Positions 33,050 through 41,055 of a stretch of DNA of 64,000 bases are shown here, piece after piece. The stretch is from a virus. The position numbers and the translations under genes are program-made. Numbering within the stretch: position 1 is the stretch's first letter; each line of letters opens with the position of its first letter. The DNA is taken from IMG/VR virus record IMGVR_UViG_3300034105_002260; one strand, 5' to 3'. The notes beneath the pieces were generated by a model, which saw nothing but the letters and a program-made list of their open reading frames with translations, was not told where the DNA came from and ran no database searches.

Positions 33050-35272
33050 ATGAGCTTTTTAAACAGTAGCAATTCAGAATATCTTTCAGCAAGAATAACC
33101 CAAAAGGGTAGAAATTCTATTGCTAAAGGTGAATTTATAATCAATTATTTTCAAATAGGAGATTCTGAATTTGACTATAACTTAGCGTTCTCAGGGTTAA
33201 CTGGACAAACAAATCATCAAATGGTTTTATCTCCCGTTGATAAAGAATGTGGTGTGAAATATCCATATAAATTAGATACGGCAACAAATGTAACATACGG
33301 TATACCAATTGAAAATTCAACAACTGAAGTTTTAAGAAATGTAATGGGTCCTGCAGGATTTGTTTCAGAATATAACCCATATGATTCTGTTGAGTGTACG
33401 GGATCAACAATTGAATGTATAACAGTAAGTATTAATATTACTAATATAAATGGTGACAATGTTATAACCGTACCTTCAGGACAAGCATTTCAAAATTCTG
33501 AATATATTACGTTAGTCTTTGGTGTATTTAATGGATTGGATGCAAATCATCCAGTTATTAGTGGACACACAAATAGTTTAATTTATAAAATTGTAAGTAT
33601 AAGTGGTAACACATTAACATTAGATAGAAAAACACCCGATTTATCAACATTAACTGGTAATGTTCAAATAGTTGGTAATAAATGTGAAATTGAATTTCCT
33701 ATTAGTTCAGAAATATCCCCAGTATGTTTACCAACACCTTTAGACCCAATGGACCAACATAATCCTTGGACACTTAATGTTGTTTGGGATGAAAAACCAA
33801 TTGGAGCGGATGTACAAGGTACTGGTGTAGATGAAAACTTAAGTGGTTACACAAGTAATATTTATTTATCATCCAAAGAATTCTTTGGATATAACTCAAC
33901 AGGTCAAACATTTCAAAATTTAACAGGTGGAACTATCACAGGATTCAGTTCAAAAAATGTTAGTACAGGATTTAAAAATTCATTCGGTGAATTAATTGAA
34001 GTAACTCCACAAGAACAAAGATGTATTGCAATTATTCATTACTCTGAAATTGGTGATCTTCAAAATGACCCAGAAAGATTCTTTAAGTATGATGATTATA
34101 TAAGTCACAAAACAGGAACAACAGGTGACGATATTTCATTGGTTGATGATAGAGATGGTGAACCAATAAGTGATACTGAATATTTTGAGATTTTTATTCC
34201 GTTTATAAGTTACCACAGAAACCCAACAAACTCAGATACAAACGGTGCGGTGTTCACTATGGACACAGTTAACTATTATGTCAGACCTGTAACAGGAATT
34301 ACCGAATCAAGATTTGAATTATTATTTAGATATCTTTTAGATGAGTCAGGTAATAGAGTTGGTAAAGTATTCCCAACTAAAAAGGTTGTTATTTTTGATG
34401 ACCAAGAATTGGTGGCTATTTTAGATTATAGAAGTAATAGAAGATACACATTAGGAGCACCTAAAGTTGGATTCACTCCAGCATCACTTAACGAAGCGTT
34501 AGTGTCAGGAACAACTGAACAAACTTTTTGGGTAACTTATTTATTTGAAAATGGTACAACAAGTTTATTTAATGCATTACCTTGTAACTATTTCACTAAA
34601 GTTTCAGTTAATTTTGATTTAGATACTTGTAACATTTCAAATCCATCAAATTTTACATTAAGATTTACAGGAGACACTTTCCAACATATGAATTATAGTG
34701 CAACACCAACAAATGTTGACATATTCAGAACAGGTTTTATGGCAAAGAAATTCAAAGTATTAATCCAAGAAACAACAGGACTTCCAAACAAATACCCAAC
34801 AATGGGAGGATGGTTAGCAATTGATTGTACAACAAGAGTAGGTGGTAACGGTACGGCATATATTAACCCAACAGGAATGACATCTAATACGGTTGTTATT
34901 ACAAAGAGTGATGTTAATAGTGCAACACCGTTTGACTTAGAATCACATTTATCTGGATTTGGTACTAACTATATTGGAGACGCAACGACTAATGATTGGG
35001 GAGTTACCACACCACAATTTGGTGATGAACAACCATTTCCAGGAAGTATTAGATTAGTAAGAGCAACCGACATTGAAGAGATGAATTTCTTAGTAAATTT
35101 ACCTTGTAATCAATTTGACCGAACTCAAAATCCAACATACGTTAGTGGTAGTAAGTTTATAACCGAAGTGGCTTTATTAAATTCAAATAAAGAACCATTG
35201 GTAGTTGCAAAAACTTCTATTCCAATAAAAAGATTAGGAACCCAAGTATTCGCAGTTAAGTTAGATTTTTAA
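33050..35272 (+). CDS. Baseplate/tail-fibre attachment-like structural protein
   Basis: N-terminal ITQKGR...FQIGDSE and C-terminal ITEVALLN...LVVAK..PIKR motifs resembling tail-fibre collar/attachment domains. Confidence 0.6.
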   Translation: MSFLNSSNSEYLSARITQKGRNSIAKGEFIINYFQIGDSEFDYNLAFSGLTGQTNHQMVLSPVDKECGVKYPYKLDTATNVTYGIPIENSTTEVLRNVMGPAGFVSEYNPYDSVECTGSTIECITVSINITNINGDNVITVPSGQAFQNSEYITLVFGVFNGLDANHPVISGHTNSLIYKIVSISGNTLTLDRKTPDLSTLTGNVQIVGNKCEIEFPISSEISPVCLPTPLDPMDQHNPWTLNVVWDEKPIGADVQGTGVDENLSGYTSNIYLSSKEFFGYNSTGQTFQNLTGGTITGFSSKNVSTGFKNSFGELIEVTPQEQRCIAIIHYSEIGDLQNDPERFFKYDDYISHKTGTTGDDISLVDDRDGEPISDTEYFEIFIPFISYHRNPTNSDTNGAVFTMDTVNYYVRPVTGITESRFELLFRYLLDESGNRVGKVFPTKKVVIFDDQELVAILDYRSNRRYTLGAPKVGFTPASLNEALVSGTTEQTFWVTYLFENGTTSLFNALPCNYFTKVSVNFDLDTCNISNPSNFTLRFTGDTFQHMNYSATPTNVDIFRTGFMAKKFKVLIQETTGLPNKYPTMGGWLAIDCTTRVGGNGTAYINPTGMTSNTVVITKSDVNSATPFDLESHLSGFGTNYIGDATTNDWGVTTPQFGDEQPFPGSIRLVRATDIEEMNFLVNLPCNQFDRTQNPTYVSGSKFITEVALLNSNKEPLVVAKTSIPIKRLGTQVFAVKLDF

Positions 35273-35310
35273 GCTTTACAATTCTCGATATTTTATTTAT
35301 ATATTATATT

Positions 35311-35922
35311 ATGAGTATAGATGTAAAATTTAAAAACAAACCAAAAATCCTTGGTTTAGATATTTCAACTAAAACCATCGGGTTTGCGTTGTTTGATATA
35401 TCAGGTTCTAAATTATTGGAACTAACCCATTTTTCACCAAAGATTAAACCTCAACCTGAAGATAAGATTGAAGAACTTATTAAGAAGGCTGACGCGTTTA
35501 AGAAACATTTGGAAGAATATAAGAATATGGGAATTACTCGTGTTATTATTGAGGAACCCCTTTTACAATCAAACAACATTTATACTGTAGGTACGTTATT
35601 AAGATATAATACACTTATTTTAAAAAATTGTTACGATGTTTTAGGTGTGTTACCGACATTTATTTCAACATACAATTCAAGAAAATTTGCATTCCCTGAT
35701 TTAGTGGGGGCTAATGATAAAGGACGTAATGTTTTATTCGGAGGGTATCCAAAAGATATTGATAAGAAACACGTTATTTGGGAACACGTTAATGCGGTAT
35801 GTCCTGACGTTAATTGGTTATACGGTAAAACTGGAGCACTTAAAAAAGAAAATTATGATATGGCAGATGCGGCTGCTTGTGTTATTGGTTATATTAATAT
35901 GTTGAAGGTCGAAAAAAATTAA
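35311..35922 (+). CDS. ruvC: RuvC-like Holliday junction resolvase
   Basis: ILGLDISTKTIG, IIEE, DMADA acidic catalytic motifs. Confidence 0.85.
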   Translation: MSIDVKFKNKPKILGLDISTKTIGFALFDISGSKLLELTHFSPKIKPQPEDKIEELIKKADAFKKHLEEYKNMGITRVIIEEPLLQSNNIYTVGTLLRYNTLILKNCYDVLGVLPTFISTYNSRKFAFPDLVGANDKGRNVLFGGYPKDIDKKHVIWEHVNAVCPDVNWLYGKTGALKKENYDMADAAACVIGYINMLKVEKN

Positions 35923-35967
35923 TCAACTATATTTCACTTTAAAAGAAAAATAGTTTATATTTATTAA

Positions 35968-36041
35968 ACAGGACGGGACGGGTAGAAATACTCGTTTTAG
36001 TTGGTTTCCCCTGGGAGTGGTGTACCAGGGGATTTTTTTTT
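35968..36041 (+). ncRNA. Candidate small structured RNA
   Basis: TATTTAT at 35958, GC-rich hairpin with GAAA loop (35975-35998), terminator hairpin 36007-36032 plus T9; no credible ORF. Confidence 0.35.
36007..36041 (+). terminator. Intrinsic terminator
   Basis: TCCCCTGG...CCAGGGGA followed by 9 T. Confidence 0.8.
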
Positions 36042-36072
36042 GTCAAAAATTTTATGTATATTTCTACTAACT

Positions 36073-37014
36073 ATGGTAGAACACGAAATAGATTACTCGG
36101 CAGTTGTGGATATTCTCGAAGATATTTTGGGGGAACATAGACTGCATAACGACTATAGAGGACAGATATCCTTTGATTGTCCTGTGTGTTCTCACGATAT
36201 TAAAGGATTGGACGACGGGGATGGTAAAGGTAATTTAGAGGTTAATTACAAAAGAGGTGTTTATAAATGTTGGGTATGTGCGGAAACCCACGACACTTAT
36301 GGTTCTTTATATAAATTATTAAAGAAATATGGTAATGCTAAACAACTAAAGAAGTATTTGTTGTTAAAACCAGAAGATGATGGGGAACAACCAAAAAGAA
36401 CTTTTATACAGGTTAGATTACCAAAAGAATTCGTATCATTCAAAGATGCTAGTTTAGGTCTTAAAATGACTCCACAATACAAACAAGCGTTTAACTACAT
36501 ACAAAAAAGAAATATAACAGATTTAATGGTTCAAATGTATAACATAGGGTTTTGTTATACAGGTCATTATGAACATAGAATTATTATTCCATCTTACGAT
36601 TCGGAAAACAGATTAAATTATTTCATTGCTAGGTCTTATTTGAATAATACCAAGATGAAATATAAAAATCCCGAAGTGGATAAAGAAAGTTTAATTTGGA
36701 ATGAACATCTTATAAATTGGAATGACCCCGTTTATATTGTTGAAGGTGCATTTGATTCTATATTCTTACCAAATTCAATACCAATGTTGGGTAAGTTTAT
36801 GACTCAAAATTTATTCGATAAACTTTATGACAACGCAAAGAAAGTTGTAATTGTTTTAGACCCAGACGCTTGGGAGGATGCATTCAGATTATATCATAAA
36901 TTAAATTGTGGTAAGTTAATGGGTAAGTTATGGATTGTAAAATTAGATGGTGACAAAGATATTGCGGATTTAAAGGGAGATTTAAGTGGGTATGAAATAA
37001 AACAATTAGATTAA
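36073..37014 (+). CDS. DNA primase (Zn-finger plus TOPRIM)
   Basis: CPVC...CWVC, RIIIPS, YKNP, IVEGAFD, LDPD; start moved to ATG 36073. Confidence 0.9.
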   Translation: MVEHEIDYSAVVDILEDILGEHRLHNDYRGQISFDCPVCSHDIKGLDDGDGKGNLEVNYKRGVYKCWVCAETHDTYGSLYKLLKKYGNAKQLKKYLLLKPEDDGEQPKRTFIQVRLPKEFVSFKDASLGLKMTPQYKQAFNYIQKRNITDLMVQMYNIGFCYTGHYEHRIIIPSYDSENRLNYFIARSYLNNTKMKYKNPEVDKESLIWNEHLINWNDPVYIVEGAFDSIFLPNSIPMLGKFMTQNLFDKLYDNAKKVVIVLDPDAWEDAFRLYHKLNCGKLMGKLWIVKLDGDKDIADLKGDLSGYEIKQLD

Positions 37015-37025
37015 ATATAAACACA

Positions 37026-37541
37026 ATGATAGTAGAGAAACATTACAGAGTACAGTTGTTAGATGGTAAAGAAACCACAACACTTTACGAGACGAGACAA
37101 GAAGCGGTTAGAGCACATAGAGGTAATATCTCTAAATTAATTGAGGTTCTACCTAAACACACTAAACCAAAAGTAGTTGCTCCAACAAACGACCAACTTG
37201 CAATTGTTATTAGTGCACGTAGTAACGAAGATTTGGACATTTCGAAAGATTGTGGTTATGCGGTTATGTATAATTGTCCAAAAATGGATAACATATATGA
37301 TGGTATGAAATATCTTGAAGTGTCGGGTGATTATGTGTTGGAAGCAACAATTACTAAATTAGAGAAGTATGAAAAAAGTATTCACCATCATTGGAAAGGT
37401 CCAGGGTATAAACCAGATAAAGTTTGGAAGTGGGCTATATTTCATAAAAATGGTAAGATAGTACCAAGAAAAGCGGCTGAAGAAAGATATAGTAATCCAC
37501 TTAAAGGAACTCAAGGTGGTATTAGTTATATAAAAATTTAA
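37026..37541 (+). CDS. Hypothetical protein
   Basis: Intact ORF filling the gap between primase and exonuclease. Confidence 0.6.
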   Translation: MIVEKHYRVQLLDGKETTTLYETRQEAVRAHRGNISKLIEVLPKHTKPKVVAPTNDQLAIVISARSNEDLDISKDCGYAVMYNCPKMDNIYDGMKYLEVSGDYVLEATITKLEKYEKSIHHHWKGPGYKPDKVWKWAIFHKNGKIVPRKAAEERYSNPLKGTQGGISYIKI

Positions 37542-37547
37542 AAGATT

Positions 37548-38429
37548 ATGAATTTACAAGAAATTGCAACAGAAATAAATGAACTACTTGAAAATAGACG
37601 AAAGGAATTAGATTTAACTTTCGTTGAAGAGGAACACATTTATTATATGAGAGATACCGAAGGGGTGTTAAGAAAAACATTCCCATCAGTTTCTAAATTA
37701 ATAAAAAAATTCCACAAGGCATTTGATGCGGATGGTATGTCACTTAAAATGTGTAAGGGTGATCCTGAAGCCGCAGCACTTTTGAGAGAAGAATGGAAAC
37801 AATCTGGAACCTATGCAACCAATATGGGTAGTAGAGTTCACTTTGTATTAGAGAGTGACACCATTAGTCGTTTTGGTGATTACAAGGAAGTTAGACAACC
37901 TATATTCGAATGTGATGATGCTCAGTTATTAAGAAGTGATAGTATGATTAAAGCGGGAAAAGAATTTCTTGACTTAATGATTGAAAGAGGGGCAATACTT
38001 TTAGATACTGAAATCATATTAGGTGATAACGAATTAGGTTACACAGGACAACCAGACAAAGTTTGGTTAATGTTTAACAAAGACAAAACAGATTTCGGAA
38101 TTGTAATTACAGATTGGAAAACAAACCAACCAAAAAACTTTGAAATCCAACATTACACAGGTAAAATGTATGCACCGTTTAATGAATATCACGACACGGC
38201 GCTTGGCCATTATTATTTACAACTACCGTTATATGCTAGGTTATTACTTAAAATGTTAAAAGGAACTAAGTATGAAAACTTAAAATTATTAGGATGTGTT
38301 GTGATTTTATTGAAAGACGATGGGACATACCAAGAATATAAAGTACCTTCACAAGTAAACAACACAGTATTAAATTTAGACTTAACAAAATATATTGATT
38401 ATGGTAAAAAAGGTTATACATATCGCTGA
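37548..38429 (+). CDS. PD-(D/E)XK exonuclease (RecB/Cas4-like)
   Basis: PSVS, GSRVH, GQPD, DWKT, YYLQLPLY motifs. Confidence 0.85.
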   Translation: MNLQEIATEINELLENRRKELDLTFVEEEHIYYMRDTEGVLRKTFPSVSKLIKKFHKAFDADGMSLKMCKGDPEAAALLREEWKQSGTYATNMGSRVHFVLESDTISRFGDYKEVRQPIFECDDAQLLRSDSMIKAGKEFLDLMIERGAILLDTEIILGDNELGYTGQPDKVWLMFNKDKTDFGIVITDWKTNQPKNFEIQHYTGKMYAPFNEYHDTALGHYYLQLPLYARLLLKMLKGTKYENLKLLGCVVILLKDDGTYQEYKVPSQVNNTVLNLDLTKYIDYGKKGYTYR

Positions 38430-39219
38430 TCTTCACATCAGAACAATTCAAATGCACGACTTATATAAAGAACAATTTGAAAAGTTAATTAATGAGATTA
38501 ATGAATTACAAATTGAATGGAATAAAGAGGGAATTACATCTGATAATATTAGGATAGTTGTTGCTGGGGATATTGCTCACCAAAAGATAAACATATCTAA
38601 CGAACAATTAATGTTAACAAGTTGGTTTCTAAAAGAACTATCTTACTTAGGTAATGTTGTAATAATACCAGGTAATCACGATTTCTTAGAGAACAATACA
38701 CAAAGATTAGACAGTATTAGTCCTGTCGTTGATTTATTAGATAATAAAAATATCCAATACTATAAAGATAGTGGTGGCTATATTGATGAAAACATTCAAT
38801 GGGTTGTTTATTCTTTATATCAACATAACGCTCGACCAGAGTTTACCAAAGATAAAACTAAATTAACTATTGGTTTATTTCACGGACCTATTATGGGTTT
38901 ATCCACCGATATGGGATTCGAATTTGAAGATGCTTATGATCAATTAAACTTTGTTGGTTTGGATTTACTATTGTGTGGTGACATTCATAAGAGACAAACG
39001 TTCACATTACCTGAAGGAGGTAAAGCAGTTATGATTGGTTCATTAATACAACAAAACTTTGGTGAATCAGTTAAACATCACGGATATGGTATTTATGATG
39101 TTGAAACGGATAACTATACATTCAAGGATATGGATAACGTACAACCGTTTCTACACTTTAAAATAAACGACATAAATGACATTGAAAATGAAAAAGAAGA
39201 GCTCGTTAACCTTGGATAA
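38401..39219 (+). CDS. sbcD: Mre11/SbcD (gp47-like) metallophosphoesterase nuclease
   Basis: ADLH, GDIAH, GNHD, FHG, GDIHKRQ, GSLIQQNFGE. Confidence 0.92.
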   Translation: MVKKVIHIADLHIRTIQMHDLYKEQFEKLINEINELQIEWNKEGITSDNIRIVVAGDIAHQKINISNEQLMLTSWFLKELSYLGNVVIIPGNHDFLENNTQRLDSISPVVDLLDNKNIQYYKDSGGYIDENIQWVVYSLYQHNARPEFTKDKTKLTIGLFHGPIMGLSTDMGFEFEDAYDQLNFVGLDLLLCGDIHKRQTFTLPEGGKAVMIGSLIQQNFGESVKHHGYGIYDVETDNYTFKDMDNVQPFLHFKINDINDIENEKEELVNLG

Positions 39220-39712
39220 TGAATTCCTTCTTTATTGTGAAATAAATGGAATTGAAAATATTGACAAACTTGCAAAGGAAACCTTCGAGAGAGGGTTTTC
39301 TTTATTAAAATATGGTGAAACCCCAACAGGTAATAGTACCGTAAAAGAAAAGATAGTAGAAGTAATCAAGGAAGTTATTATTGAAAAACAATTACCATCT
39401 GAAATAAAATACGTTGATAGGGAAGTTATTAAAGAGGTGCCTGTTGAAAGAATTGTAGAAGTGATAAAAGAAGTTCCGGTTGAAATTAAGGGAGACACCC
39501 AAGTGATAACGAAAGAAATAATTAAGGAAGTGCCCGTTGATAGGATTGTGGAAAAGATTGTGGAAATTACAAACAACGAGGAAATAGAAAGACTCACCAA
39601 AAAGAATTCAGAATTGGAAACTGAGTTAGGAAACATCAAAATATCATTAGAGAAATTTAACAAAGCTACCTATATGAAAAATAGTGACCTGGGTAGTTTA
39701 TATAGTGAATAA
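39188..39712 (+). CDS. Hypothetical protein with KEVPV/EKIVE repeats and coiled coil
   Basis: Val/Glu/Lys repeats visible in translation. Confidence 0.65.
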   Translation: MKKKSSLTLDNEFLLYCEINGIENIDKLAKETFERGFSLLKYGETPTGNSTVKEKIVEVIKEVIIEKQLPSEIKYVDREVIKEVPVERIVEVIKEVPVEIKGDTQVITKEIIKEVPVDRIVEKIVEITNNEEIERLTKKNSELETELGNIKISLEKFNKATYMKNSDLGSLYSE

Positions 39713-39760
39713 TTTCTTTTTCTCAAAAATTTAGTTTATTATTTAATAAAAACAAATACT

Positions 39761-40072
39761 ATGGTTTTATTAACATTATGGGCCTTTATTGCCTACGGAT
39801 TTACATCAATAATTGTTTGGGGTGCCATTTTTGAAAAAACTCGAATATTCATTAAGAAACATTCAAATTTTTTTGGTGATTTAATTTCTTGTACATTATG
39901 TACGTCAACTTGGGTTGGATTTTTTATGTCAATATGTCTTGGAGGTTTATCTTCAAGAATTTTAGACACACATTGGTTACCAAGTATTTTCTTTGACGGT
40001 ATGTTCACCGCTGGAATCGTCTGGTCAATAAATGCAATCATAGAATTTTTTGAAGAAAGCAGAATAAAATAG
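39761..40072 (+). CDS. Small membrane protein, DUF1360-like
   Basis: Hydrophobic segments and LISCTLCTSTWVG motif. Confidence 0.6.
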   Translation: MVLLTLWAFIAYGFTSIIVWGAIFEKTRIFIKKHSNFFGDLISCTLCTSTWVGFFMSICLGGLSSRILDTHWLPSIFFDGMFTAGIVWSINAIIEFFEESRIK

Positions 40073-41055
40073 TGAAATCTTTAAGGATAGGTAATAATAC
40101 CTTTTATTATTTAACAACAAAGGAAATTCTTTATAGAGTAACTAAGGAATACTACTTAGACAATGTTAAGTTGTTTGATTCAGTACGTTCAAAGAATGAT
40201 GAAGATAAGGAAAAATCAATCTATGTTGATATAATAAAAGGTTATAAACAATCCTTCTTTAAGATGTCATCTGAAACAATGGATAACTGGAAAGTTATTA
40301 TAGATGAACTTAAAGAAAAATATAAAGAAGGGGAGTTTGAGCAGGTTGTCAGTCACATAAATAAGGATTCAACGGGTGAATACCACCAAGTCCTTATGAA
40401 ACATATTGAGAAGGTAAACAAGATAAATCCTACAACAATTTTGGGTAGATTATTAAGTTATTCACCAATTGATGAATTAGGATATTCACAACCAACTTTT
40501 TTTAATACCTTTGACATAGTAAAAGACGCTAAACTAATTCCTAATAATGGGGTTCAATGGGATAGACAAGTAAGGAATTACTTCTATGTTGAATATTATA
40601 AGGAAAAAGGTTCAACCATAGGTTATAGATTTATTGGTTTTAATTTACAAGACGTAACTAAAAACAGACAAATTAGACCAGACATTAGGAGAGCATTTGA
40701 AGATGTTCCCTGTGTACATTGTTGGACACCAAATAAGTCTCATAAGAAACACGAGATAGACCATAAGAATGGAAGATACGATGATGACCAAGTACTTGAA
40801 TATAGTAGTCAAGAGGTCGACCATTTTCAAGCTTTATGTCGCGAACACAACCTTCTAAAAAGAAGTGCGTGTAAAAAATGTAAAGCAAATGATATTAGAT
40901 TCGACGCAACGTTTTTAGGGTACACCACGTCAGTCACCGAAGGTACGTTAAAATATGAAGAACAGTTAGGTTGTAAAGGTTGTTATCTATACGACCCATT
41001 AGATTTTAGATCACAATTCATTTTAAAAACAAAAGAGAATAATGAAATACAATAA
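40072..41055 (+). CDS. NlaIII/IceA1-like HNH restriction endonuclease with N-terminal extension
   Basis: GFN...IRPDI...EIDHKNGR...FQALC...N..KR..CKKCK...LGCKGCYLYDP matches the R.NlaIII/IceA1 motif order as recalled. Confidence 0.8.
   Translation: MKSLRIGNNTFYYLTTKEILYRVTKEYYLDNVKLFDSVRSKNDEDKEKSIYVDIIKGYKQSFFKMSSETMDNWKVIIDELKEKYKEGEFEQVVSHINKDSTGEYHQVLMKHIEKVNKINPTTILGRLLSYSPIDELGYSQPTFFNTFDIVKDAKLIPNNGVQWDRQVRNYFYVEYYKEKGSTIGYRFIGFNLQDVTKNRQIRPDIRRAFEDVPCVHCWTPNKSHKKHEIDHKNGRYDDDQVLEYSSQEVDHFQALCREHNLLKRSACKKCKANDIRFDATFLGYTTSVTEGTLKYEEQLGCKGCYLYDPLDFRSQFILKTKENNEIQ

Noticed and set aside
37548-38429. Cas4 indicating a CRISPR system
   Set aside because: No four-Cys Fe-S pattern, cas1 or array; context is replication and recombination
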